Source of the DNA: the human T2T-CHM13v2.0 reference genome, Homo sapiens
NCBI RefSeq assembly: GCF_009914755.1
Contig: NC_060930.1
DNA: 64,000 nt
Reading direction: 5' to 3' (one strand)
In this document: one piece after another, positions 27,751 through 41,186 of the stretch
How positions within the stretch are numbered: position 1 is the first letter of the stretch
Layout: each line of letters starts with the position of its first letter
Made by a program: the position numbers and the translations under genes
The notes under the pieces: generated by a model
What the model was told of the DNA's origin: nothing
Database searches by the model: none
Seen by the model: only the letters and a program-made list of their open reading frames with translations

Positions 27751-30700
27751 AGGCTGTGGAGGTCTGCCACCTGCCAAGTAACACCACGTGTTTCTTAACC
27801 TGCGCCTCAGTTTGATCATCTATGCAAAGGGGGAGTGATCACATCTAGCTAATACGAGTGTTGTGAGGATTCAGTACGTTATCATAAATCATGCCCCAAG
27901 GGCATCCCGGAGCTAAACAAGGCTAGGTAGGAGTTAGTGCTGTCCCACTTGTCAGATCCCAGCAGGACACACCAGGCCGCCCACTGGCTGGCTCTAATCC
28001 TCCTCTACAGGCTTCTGTCCCTCTGGGACCTTACCTTCCTGCTCCCTCGCCTGTGCTCACACTGGACCACTCCTTGTCCCTTGACCATGGGGCCGTCTCC
28101 ATGCCCCAAGGAAGATGTTCTCTTCTCTGTCAGGAACATCTCCCTCCTGTCCCCCAGCCATGGGAGTTTAAAGTCAATTCAATACCACCTTCTTCAGAAA
28201 TCCTTCCAGGCTCAAGTTCCCCGCCTCTTACCCTCTAAGAACAGGAAAACCCGTGGAATTATTTGCTCCCTCTGTGCTCCTACCCGTACCCGGGTCATGA
28301 TTTCAGCCCAGCAATTGTAACGATCCATTGGCGGTTACCCCGCTTGGTAGTGACTGCTTTGACCAGTGAAATCTGGATCCAACAGTCTTGAGGGTCACTA
28401 GACCACTGAAAGGCGAGCAGTAGGTGGCAAAGAAATACTGGCTAAATTTAAATTTTTGAAATTATAAATTTTGGAAATCATGATCTAGGGTAATGTTTTC
28501 TGTGCTGGGTTTTATCTACATTATTATTGGTTTGGGGTGTTTGCTCTGCCCGGGAACTTCAAAAACCAGTTTCTGACCTTCTTTTAAAAGTAAATCTCTT
28601 ACTTAAGATTGAAATATATTAAATTCCTTTATTTTTGATGAGGAACCATAAGTAAACAATGGATGGATTTTTAAAACTTTTACATCTCAAAGAAGACATG
28701 AAAATTGAAAAATACCCACTTTGCTTTAACGTGACTGCAATTTGATAAACTTTTATTTGCAAAAGAATATACAGAATCTTTATTTTAAAGACTTATTTAG
28801 TGGAGCTGAAATCTCACCATTGTACTCCACTACAATGAAACCTTTGTTGGCCCGGATCTTGGTTTTTGTTGTTGTTGTTGTTTTTAATTCCTTGCTCTTT
28901 AGACTGTTGTTTAAAATCTTATGTTTTTTAATGTGTTACCAAGGAGAAAATGTGAGAGCAAATTCCACAGTGTAGACTGGAATGCCTCCCCCTGCCCTCC
29001 CCAGCAACACACACTTCACGATGTCTGCATATGTTCCCGTCCTCATCGGCAGGCTTTTGTTCCAGTCCTGAGAAAGACAGCCTCCCACTAAACAAATAAG
29101 GCCTCCAAAGCATGTGTTTTTCTTTGGTGTTCCTGCAAATTAGCACGAATCTGTGCTATGTTGTATGGAATTTCAGAGAGACATTTTATTATTTGTCCTC
29201 GATAGGAAAATGTGCAAAATCCATGGTTTGCTTATTCCAGATAGAATTATTTCACTTTTCTTTAAATCAGCATCAGTAAGCATGAATTCAGCCACATAAA
29301 TAACTTTACTTTTAAAATCATGAATAAAAGTTGAGTTTACCCGCTAAAAAGTATCCTTTGATCCAAAGAATATCAATTATATAGCCTTAATTTTTTAACG
29401 GAACTTAAATATTATCAAAGCTGTATGTCTAGAATGAAGAATGAAATGAATCAATGTATTAGAAATTTGCAGATGTGTTACATAACAATCACTTCCTAAC
29501 GAATGCTTAGAAGATCCTATTTATACTTTTGAGCCCTTAGATTCTACCCCAAATATGTCTTCTTAAATCCACTGTTTTTCTTTTCTCTTTAATTTCAGTT
29601 TGTTTGGTTTAATGATAGCTACTGAACATAAATGCCAAATTACAATGGCACTTCCCAGCTGTGTGCAGAACTTTATATTTTAAGTACCAATTTGTGATAA
29701 AAGAATGCTTCCAGCTCAATTCTCATCAGCATTAGAGGTTTTAGCAATTGCCAATTATTTTTCTAAATTACCTATTTTAATTAAGTAAAATATTGTGAAT
29801 TTAAGATTATGAAGTGTTCAAGCATTATTTCATCTTTAACTAATTAGTGAGAAAAAGGAAATTATATTTTGGGACATTAAATGGCTATTTTTAGAATAAA
29901 ATGCTTCTATGGTTTCAATGCCTTAAATTAACAGAAAATGCACAAACTTCTCTCGAAATCCTGTTACATCTGGGGTCTTTGAAGTACACCTTGAACTGAT
30001 CATTTGTTCTAATGTAACATAAATTTGTATATTAATTAGAGCCAAAATGCCCAAGAGATTAAGCTTGGTATCTCCCTTGACTAATTTAACACATCTAGAT
30101 CCCTCAGCAACATTTTAAAACCACCTGTTTCTATTTTGCCTTCATGGAACAAAGCCTAGAACATAGGAAGGACCTCAATGTATAACTATTGATATGACTG
30201 TCATCCTTAGTTCAGTTCTGAGATTTCCATTCCTAACTTATCATTGCATCTACATTCTATTTCTTACAAGAGCACTTCAAGAAATATGTACAGATGAAGG
30301 AAAATTGGCACCAAAATCTGCCTGCCTAGCAGCTTACAGCAATATTGGAAGGCGTTGAAAGCCATTATTAACTGACATTGGCAAAGTGATTTTGAAAAAT
30401 CTTCGTTTTATATGTCAATGCAGGCTATGATGGTCCCTAAACTGTTGCTTCAAGGCAGAGATCACAAACTTTTTCTCTAACTGTGGGTCTCCCAGCATTC
30501 TCCCTCCTGAACACGGCCTATTAACGGTAGTGAGCTCCGGAGGGTAAAAGGGTTAGTCAACAATTCTGCTTGGCTGCTTCAGGGGAGAGCCAGTGTTTTG
30601 CAGTCTAGTGAACTAATTATGCACTCTTGATGAGATCATTAAAGGACAATAAAGGAAAATGGAAACAATTCACAATATGTATAGACAAATTTCTATATCG

Positions 30701-32225
30701 AATAATTTTTGTTTGTATTTAAATGTTGGGTAGAAACTTTTCTATCCTGAGTAATGGTTGGTTTTAAAAAAAGAAAATCTTCAGATTGAAACTTATCCTT
30801 TAAGCATAAAAGTATAGTCAGGAATTTTTAGTCTTTATGACTAACACAGATGATACCGATAGTTTGGTATCTCCGATCTGATCAATAAACTCTACTCTTA
30901 CAATGGAGTGGTGCCCTGTGAGGGAAGGGGTGGGCACTCCTGGATCCCCCTGAGCATTTTCAGTGCTTCTGTTTCATTCATCCACCTTATTCTGGAAATT
31001 CAACTGGGGAGATTTATATTTTAGATATGTTTTTATTAAAATGCTCCTTTCAAAATTGTTTTCCAATTTATTCAACAGGCAATATTAGGTAATATATTTG
31101 AAAATACAAAAAATGGTGAATTTTGTCATTGATTCCTGTGTAGTCACGTGAATTCTTGGAGTTTCTAAAAGGGGATTTTTTTTACATTGGTTTACATCCC
31201 ATTTCACGTGACAATTTGAAGCATCCAAAATGATACAAGCGAATTGGATGGATGACTCAATTAAATACAATGGAAGTCAATAAAGATCAATGCAAAGTAG
31301 TGTCTTGAACAGCAATAATCCCATAAATACAAACTAAGAAAGAAACCAATTAAATTTAGTGTGGGAAAAAGATGAAGAGGTTTTGATAAGTGAGAACAGT
31401 ACAACTCAAAGAACAGCCAACTATTTTGTGACATGTCAATACTATCGCTATTGAGTGTAAAATGCATGAGTCCGTCTCCCTCAAAACCACCAGCTCCTGC
31501 TGCAATGTAAGGCTCTGTGGGGTGAACAGTCTGGAAAGAAGAAAGCAGTGATTCCCAGCAATGGTCAGAATCCAAAAGCTGAGAGGCCCTAAGAGGAAGA
31601 ACAGCGGTGATTTTGCACCAGCGATCATATGTCTCTGCGGGAAGGGCAGCATTTAAGAGTCTGTGGAAAGAGGGTTTTAACATCTCCTTTCCCCAGGAGG
31701 GATGTCCCAGTCTCAGAACTGGGATCCTTCTGGCATCAGGATGACCAGAATTGGGGTGCCCTTAACGGCCAGCCCTGGTGCAGCCTCCTCTGCGGAGCTG
31801 GACGTGCCCCCAGGGTTGCTCAGCCAAACAGAAGGATCGAGAGGCAACATGATAGGTGCCTAGGATGTGGCTATAAAAGGTTCTTGTGGGCACTGTGTGA
31901 TCCTTCATTGGCCAGTGCCACTGCAGGAATGATGAGGAAAATGGCCAGCAGTTGAGATATTTAGGCTGGACATTAGCTAAGGGGCTGTCTTGGCAGCTCC
32001 AGGAGATGGGCTGATAGTTCATCTTAAAGATTACAGACCCTTCCTCCTTGCGGCATAGAATCCTATGTGAGGCAGCTTTCCAGAGGAATGCTGGCGTCCC
32101 CAGTATTAAGACAGACAAAAGGACTGGAAAGCTACGGGGGAGAAAAGGAATTAAATAAGCCACACTGATTTGCCAGAAATCCCTCCATTCTGTGCCTAGA
32201 TGTTGCTCTTGCTCATGTGCTATGT

Positions 32226-32414
32226 AGGACTGCCAGATTCACAAAGAAAAATACAGGATACCCAGTTAATTTGAATTTCAGATGAACAAGAAATAATTTT
32301 TTTAAATATAAGTATGTGTCATGAAATATTTAAGACATGCTTATACTAAAAATGTTTTTGTTATTTATGTGAAATGTAAAGTTAACTGAGCATCTGTGTT
32401 TGATCAGGCAACTA
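32226..32414. mobile_element. MER53 hAT MITE (palindromic)
   Basis: 'aggactgccagatt...aatacaggatacccagttaatttgaatttcaga...' with inverted second half ending 'ggcaact'. Confidence 0.85.
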
Positions 32415-34198
32415 CAGGAAGAACCACATGCCTCACACATACATGGTCTATGTCCTCTGGCCACCTGCATGTGACATGCTGAAACTATCACATCAACAAA
32501 ACAAGCCCAAAGCTCTTATCTCTGAAGCACTGGGAGTTAAGTTACTACCTTAGAGGAGATGAGCACTTTTTAAAAATTAAATGTGGAAAAAAAAAAACGT
32601 GGAACACTCACAATGCAACATGACTTATCCTTGGCCTCCAAAGCCCTCACACCTAGATTATTGAATTAATTTTTCACTAGTTCTTCCTACTTTCCACTTT
32701 CTCCCCATACCTCTCTTCTATACAAAACTCTCAAATCAACTGCTGCGAAGGCTGCTTTCCTAACGTGACTGGGTCCCCTTTGGGCATCCAGTGAATGCCC
32801 AAACAGGCATGAAAGACCCTTCCCGAGCCCGCTTTCCAAAGATACGTATGCTTCCTCTGCCCTTGAATGGTACCCTGGGCTAGGAAGTTACAGATGAGGC
32901 CAGTGAAGAGGAGGCTCGTCCCTCCATGAAGCTGGGAGGGTCATTCCAACTCAAGGGATCAGGGAACACTTCCAGAGGGAGATAGCATTTGAGCTTCGCT
33001 TTGAAGAATGAGTGAAATTTAGGTATGGGACGCTGGGGAGAGAAAAGCCTGGCTGGTCTTGGGCAAAGGCCCTGGATTAGGAAGGTCTTGTGTGTTCTGA
33101 GAGCGAGAGGCCCTATTGGCTAATGGTTAGAGGATGCCCAGATTCAACAAACTACTGACCTTTTTGTAATCTCTAGAAACTTTTTGGAGTGCCATGTCAT
33201 AATTAAGGCCATGCAACAGGGAAAGTTATCTGCAACGATTTTAAGCATCAGAAACTAAGAAGTTCATTTAAAATATTTCTGATCTGTACCTTTAAAAATT
33301 CATTTTCAGTATCACTATAATCCACTCAACTGACTCTAAGTCTCATGCCCATTTCAGAAGCCCTAGCTGAGTCTCTATCCTGTCCCAACCCCACTCCGAC
33401 TGCAGGTAAGATTCTAATGGCTGATCTACCTTTGTGCCCACGCACATCCTCTTGCTTTACTTGCTAGCCTTCTCAGCCGCCTCTAGATCTCTGCACACAC
33501 CGCGCTGTTCAGGGGCCTTTTTATGTGCTGTTCCCTCCGTCTGGAATGTCCTTTCCCCTCTTTTCTCCAAATTCATCCTTCAGGATTCAAGCTAAGAATT
33601 GTCTCCTTCAAGAACTCTTCCCTGAGCCCCGAGACAGGCCGAGGGGCCCTTCGCAGCGCTCTCCTGAGGAAGCCCTCGCCGCCGTGTGCGGAAAGCTGCC
33701 TTGGGAAAGTTTCTCCCATCTGGCCCTGAGCTGCCGCAGTCTCCTCTGGCTCTTGGCTCCTGCAGCCTCTTCTCCATCAGGGCTGTCAGCCAGTCTCTGG
33801 GCTTCAGCCACCGCCTTTAAGCTCATGACTCCGAAATTTCAGTTTGCCTGAGCCACAGACGTATATATTGAATTATCTGTTCCTAAAAGCCTCAAGATCA
33901 CTCCCAACTCAACATGTTTAAAGCTAAACTCTCATCTTCCCCAAGCCTGCTGCTTGTCCTACATCGCTTCTCCATCCCTGAGCACCAGAGGAGCCTGGGG
34001 GCCGTTTTAGACTCTTCTTCGCCCTTCTCCTGAACCAGCACCCCAGCCCAGTGCGCCACAGGTCATATCTGAGCGGTCTCCCTACGACCGCCACGCCCCA
34101 TGACTCCCTCCTCTTCCACTGCTGCTGCCTGGGTTCCCACTGAGGAGCTCTCTCCTTGGGAGCCGTGCCCCTCCCACTTCAGTCCTCCCCAAGACATT

Positions 34199-34702
34199 TG
34201 TATTTATTTTCTATTGCTGCCAAAACAAATTTACAGAGTTGGGGGCCTAAAACAGCAGAAATTTATTATCTTGCAGCTCAATAGTGCAGAAGTCCACATA
34301 GGTCATACAGGACTAAAATCGAGGTATCTACAGAACCGTGTCCCCTCCTGGGGCTCTGCTGGAAAGCCTGTTTCCTGGCCTTTTCCAGCTTTCACTCCTT
34401 GGCTCGTGGGCCTCTTCAAAGACAACTTCTTCAAAGCCAGCAACGTTGCATCTCCCTGACCGTTTTTCGTGTCATCTCTAGCTGTCATCTTGTGCCTCAC
34501 TCTTCCAGTTTAAGGACCATCGTGATTATACTTGATCCACCCAGATTATCCAAAAGGATCTCCCTATCTCGAGGTCTTTAATGTGAGCATGTGTGCAAAG
34601 TACCTTTTGTCATGTAATGCAACATAGTCACATAGTCACGGGTTCCAGGAATTAGGTTACGTTCATCTTGGCGGTGGTGGGCAGAATATTCTGCCTACCA
34701 CA
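34199..34702 (-). mobile_element. MaLR LTR MLT1D/E-like
   Basis: 'tgtatttattttctattgctgcc', 'aaatttattatcttgcag', 'ttcaaagccagcaac', terminal 'attctgcctaccaca'. Confidence 0.8.
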
Positions 34703-36850
34703 CAGTGGAGTGGTCTTCCTAAAACACATCTCTTCTCCTACTGACAATTACTAACTACTACCTGTGGAGTAAAGTCCAAACTTCCTATTTGGGCATAATG
34801 GTCTCCATCCTCCGTCCCGCGTCCAGTAGTGCCTACATTCAAGAAACCACTGGCATTTGCTCCGTAGCAGTGTGACTGCCTCTGTGTCTACTAGTTCTGC
34901 TCTTTGACCTTGAGTGGCCTTACCTTCCCTCAGCTCTCGTGATCATTCCCAAGTCACCACCTCTGCAAAGCCTCCCAGGACCCACCCTCCGAGGTGGAAC
35001 GGCACACTCCTTCTAGGTGCTTGCTGTCCCTACAACCACATCTCTCATGTCACCTCTCCCTCTTCATTGCACCTTGCTGGTTACCAGCAGAGCTCCCTGT
35101 GAACAGGAAACTTGTCTGTCCTGTTGCTGCATCCCCAGCACCAGGCATAGTGAATTACAAATGTTAGTTGGATGGGCAGATGAACGCACATTAGGCTGCA
35201 GAGCTCGTGGGCTGCTCCTGGGGCCCATGCTTGCTCTCACACTAATATGAGAACAGTTATCCAGCCAGCTGAGGATGTCAACAGCCACTTCTCAGAATGA
35301 AAAAGGACACGAACCAATGTTTCACTTTACTACACCACTAGTGAATTAAACGAAGCCACAAGCACTCGGCTTGGAAGATTCTATCATTCCTTATGTTCTA
35401 TTCCCCACCGTTTGGGCCACTTAGTATTTTCTTCAGTGAACCTTTCTTGAGTGTTCAATAACACTATGAAAGTTGTCATTAGACCAAGAACAAATGAGGT
35501 TTAGTTTACTCCTTAGTAGACAACTAATGAACATTACCAAGCTGACAGGCTTAACTCTTGACTTTTCTATTAGGACCTAAAGAATCCATAGAAATGATCT
35601 ACGGTTCTTGGAAAGAAATGGAAAACAAAATATTTGTGGGTTCATGTGTAGACCCTTATGGATAACACCTCTTTTATTCCTCACCAGGACCATGTGAGGT
35701 GGTAGCACTGAGAGAATGGGAAATGCTCCCAAATTCTTAGGTACATGAAGAAAACAAGATTGGACCTTCATCTATGTGTTTTCTGCTTCTGTAGTAAAAT
35801 GAGGCTGCTGACTGTATTAAGAATTGTACCTACAGGGAGTGGCCACCTTGATTAATGTGTGGGCCGAGAAAGATATTGAGATGGGCATGAGTGGAGAATT
35901 ATAGTAAAAGCAATCCCGGTGATGAGGAGGAGGGACTGATGGGTTTTAGTAACTGCTTGTGCATGCCTGGTTGAGCTGAACCACGAAACCTCTTTCACCC
36001 ATCATTACTTGCATCTTAGGATAGGGAATGAGCTGTTTGAGCTGATGAACCCTTAAAGATCAAAGCTTCCATTTTTATGCAAATAGCCAAGAGCAATAAA
36101 ACCTAGGAAAGAAAAGTAGGGAACGTGAATTACAGTAGGATGTGTGTCATTAAAAGTTACAGCAAGCCAGGTAGTTATTCAGAAGTAAGCTCCCAGCAAG
36201 GACAACTTTTCAAATTTGTGTTTTAAATTATTTTTAAATGAGAAGAGGTAATAGCAAAATATAACCCTGAGTTTCATTTGTTCTCTAATACATCACAGTG
36301 TTAAGATGATATAAATATGCAATCTTGAATTAGACATTACTAGGAAATAATATTGCACACTGACGTGCCAGGTACCTCCTCACACTGCAGCAGGCACAGG
36401 GCTTTGGTGCTGGAAGCTCTTGGAATCTGACTTAAGTACCACTCTCAAACTAAACATGGCTTCTTTAGCTTTTTTTTTGCAATGGGATTGCAAAACCCAT
36501 TTTGCAGTCCAGGTATTGATCGTGCTGCCATATTATACTGTGGTTCTATGTAAGAAACCACATCCAGATCCTCCCTGAATAGACCTCTATCATGTTGCTT
36601 GGAGGTAGAACATGCCTTTAAGAATAAGCTGCTTTGAATGCCATGAGCACAGGTTTTGGAGTGAGAGAGCTGGTTCCAGTCACAGATCTCCTGCTTCCAG
36701 GCTGTGTGACCTCAGGCAACTTAGAGAACTTCTCTGAATCCACATTGTCACTGCATACTGTTGTTGTAAGCGTTACATAATGTAACCTTTTGAAAGAATT
36801 TAAATGTTATATCTATCTGGCATTTAGCTAGAGTTTAAAGAGTTTAAAGT

Positions 36851-37023
36851 TTCATTTTAGCTAAGAATAAATACTGTTATTTATTATAATATTAATCTAT
36901 TATTTATATATGTTATATAATATATAATTTATTATATATTTACATTTTAGCTAAAAATAATAAATGATTTATTATAATATAAAATTTATTGTTATATTAG
37001 TTCTTATTTTTAGCTAAAATGAA
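36851..37023. repeat. AT-rich low-complexity block bounded by 20-bp inverted repeats
   Basis: ttcattttagctaagaataa ... ttatttttagctaaaatgaa, with a third, direct copy at 36943-36960. Confidence 0.8.
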
Positions 37024-40000
37024 GTAAATTCATGTGCTGTAAAGGAAGAGTTATTCTACCCTTATTATAATTGCATTTATACAATTTTTAAAAACTGATG
37101 CTGAATCTCTAGTGGAAAGAGTACTGGACTGAGTCTTGCATTATGGGTTTTAGTCCTGATTCTGTACTCACTAATTTTTTTCTACCTTCCTCAGCCACTG
37201 TATTCAGTATTTAATATAATGAGCGTTCTGGTAAGTTCTTTACATACATTATCTTATTTACTTTTACAAGGTCAGGGGTGACATTGACCCAATTACTTGT
37301 CCTTTCTAGGTTCTTCTTCTGCTTTGATAAGGGTGTCGAGTGTTCTCTCGGTCATTTCAGCAATAGTATTCTAAAGGAATACCTCCCACAAATTGTTTTC
37401 TAATTTTACTTTGAAGAATTCCAGAGATGACAGTCCTAGGGTGTTCATGACACTGGTAGACACCTTCTCCTCCCCTTCGGTGGCCCCGATCCTCATTCCG
37501 CCTCCACCCCCGTGACTTCCTCTCCTGCCTCCTTCCAGGATGGACAACCCACGCTCAGCCCCACTCTCTCCTTGCCAGCCCTGCTCCGACAGAGGCTGGC
37601 TTTCCCCATCAGGTGTTGGTTAGCACTTCTCTGTACTTTTAATTATTTTTCATTTTGATTATTTTCGCTGTGTGTTGGGAATCACTATGAGGTAGAGAGA
37701 ACCATATCAAAGACATTACTCTGCATGGGTCTGTCCTCTGTCAAGTCCAAGACATGGATTCATTGTCATCTCTTATATTTTTTGGACACAAGTTTGATGA
37801 GGTTTCTTAATTTTGACAGTTAATGCTTCCAAGAAACTTAATAAAGATTCTACAGCCATTTTAGTAACCAGGGAACTACAGTGGAAATATATCTCTGAGT
37901 AATAAAATCCATCCCCTGGAAGCTGTCACCAAAGACTCAATAATCATGTTCGCCACCCAGCATCCTTTCTGGACCTCAAGCTGTCTTGTCAAGTGTGCTT
38001 AATATCCAGGATATTTAGTTTACCACAGAGTTAACTCAAGTATATTTGTGTTCATTTCCATGCAGGATTTTGCAAGTCACCAAGACTTAAGATAATGGAG
38101 GTTTTGACCTCTAGGTGAACAATTACTTTCTTTCTTTTCATGTACTGAACTCATGAAAATATATTGATGAATTAATAAATGGCATACCTTTTATACCAAA
38201 TTTTAACAAAACAACCTTAAAAGAAGCTTGAATTGCTGTGTGGACAATATGGACATCATGATAGGAAAGTAAGGCATTTTAGTAATTAAGTTAAACAGCT
38301 ATTTTGCCCCCACAACTCAGTTTTCCTTCCAATTTTCCAACCCCAATTCAGAATTACTGAACCTGAAACTTGCTGAGAAGAATAATATGTAGTCAGCTTA
38401 ATTTCCCCCCTTGAATATGCTTAAGGGAACAAAACCCTCTCTTCTTGGAGGAATTCCCACCATGGTCTCTGGTTTTTCCTTTCCCCCTCAGCTACCATAT
38501 TAAGCATTTACTCTCTTGGGCATTCTGCTAGGCTTCTTGTAAATATCATTTTATTTGCTCACAAGCACTTTATGTGAATATGAGGCACCTGGAGCCCAGA
38601 GCTACTGCACGCCCAAGGTGACAGTTAGGAAGCGGCAAAGCCAGGATTTAACCTGTGTGTTAGAAGTCCATGCTCTCATCTGTTGCATTAGAAAATGTGC
38701 TGCTCTTGACATCCATCTTCCCGGTCATGTAATCAACATCACGTATACTTGGCTCTCTGTTACCTTTTGCATTTCAATACAATCCCATAGCTTGGAGTTC
38801 AAGGTCCTCCAGGATTTCAGTCTTACCTACTGTCTCCACTTTGTCATTACTCCAGAGGTTGAATCTTCATCAGGAAGCCTAAGGTTTTTATCCCCACCGA
38901 GATGTGCCTGCCATATTTGCATTCTTGATAAAAACCTTATTTAGGATTATTCATTTTCAAATCTTCAAGTGGGTGAACTGTTGTTTGGTTTGGGTTTGGT
39001 TTACTGTGTAATGTGATGCCTCGCAGAACATGCCATATTAGGGCATTTTGATGTATTCATTTGTTCAAAGACTGGATGCATTCCTTTGTACTGGCCTGCA
39101 CATATATGTAACCAGTTCCTTCTTGATGGACATTAGGTTATTTTGAGGATCTTGCTATTGAGAACCATATCATAACTTATATTTTGTACATGTGCGTATA
39201 TTTTGTGCACTTGTGTGTATATATCTGAAAAATACAGTCTTAAGAATAGAATGTGCATGTTTCATTTCGAAAGAGATCAACCCTGACCCCCTCCAATCCT
39301 CCAGAAGTTGAAAAGGTTGTCAAGGTCCTCATTTTCTTAATTTGGTGTTTTACGTTTGGGTGTCCTCTGACATCGGGGTTCAAGTGAGTTCATTCCGTGG
39401 CTCCGTTGCACTACCCAGCACCCAATAGCATTACTAAAAGCTGAGTGGACCTCTCAAAATCCAGGGGCTGCTTGTCGAGTATTTAGAAAGGGATTGAAAT
39501 TGTAGGCATGTGTTTGTTGTAGCCATAAAAGTATCTTCTCAAATGTATTTGCATGAAATTTTAAGTAAGTCTAGATCTTTTGAGTGGAACAGACTGATAC
39601 ATACCTGCCAGAGAACAGATACTGAGGAGTCAAATACAGCTCATTAGAAGACACACAGAACTGCATGGGGAGAAAACACCTGTCCCACAGCCTTGGGTAT
39701 GGGACTTGCTGGAGCCTCCACATCCTGGACTCTGCTGGAGGAAAAACTGAAAGTAACCCGCCAGCTGCCAGGGCCCACTCCCAGCCTGGAGAGCCAGGAC
39801 AGCCAGGTCTCGGCAGGTGCTGACCTACAAAAAGGACGGTCCTGCTAGGTGAAGTGTGGTCAGGGAGAGGCAGCTGCAGGTGATCTTGGAAATCAATGCT
39901 CATTAATTATCAACGTGGCTAGTAAAGCTCTGGTGGGACCTTGGTTCTCAATCCTGGCTGCACGTTGAAATCACGCGGGACGTTTTAAAAGTTCTGAGGC

Positions 40001-40727
40001 CAATTTCTAATCCCACTTGTTGTGCAATAACCCCAATCCCCCTCAAATGCCTCCAAATAATCTGAGTCACATGTGCTTGACACAGGCTTTTCAGCTTTCA
40101 TTTCGTTTCTGCCAATTTCTTCCTCTCCTGCTCCATCTGATGCCACAAGAGAACAGCCTCTGGATTGGCAAGTGCAGACTACCAGAGTGGTAAATGCTTG
40201 CCCAAGAAAGACCCCAGTTCACACGGTCAGAGGGTGATTTTCTCCACCTTTCTAGTCCTGCAAGGATTCAAGTGTCACATCTGGAGCTTAGCTGGGCAAT
40301 TTTGCAAGCTTCCCAGGTGGTACATGCAGCCAAGGCTGAGAACAACTGTGGTAGGGCTGCAGCCAGGGTGAGGCCCACTGGGTCCAGCCCCCAGAGCTGG
40401 CAAGAGCTGGCCAGCCGTAAAGGCCCCAGCAAAGCAGGGCATGGTGGTCTCTAACTCTGACTATGAAACTGGTGATGAAGACAGAGCCAGTCCTTCTGGT
40501 TTTCGGTAGCACAGTAGGGTTGTCAAGGGTTGTCAAGGGCAGCACAGAGCCAGGGAGGTGGAGCTGCTGTAGGACTCACCAGAGACCACACAGCAAGGCA
40601 AACTCCAAATCGATCAGCCTGGCTGCTAATGGAATCGTGTCCTAACCAAGTTTCGTTAGGAAATGTGTGCAACTTCGCTGCAGGGCATGGCTCCAGCTGG
40701 GAGGGACTGCAGGAAATCAGGACCTGA

Positions 40728-41186
<459 letters not shown>

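Noticed and set aside
35574-35665. Plus-strand exon-like segment (strong acceptor, GPKESIEMIYGSWKEMENKIFVG...)
   Set aside because: It is isolated with no good donor or partner exons. It shows the chance background for such calls.
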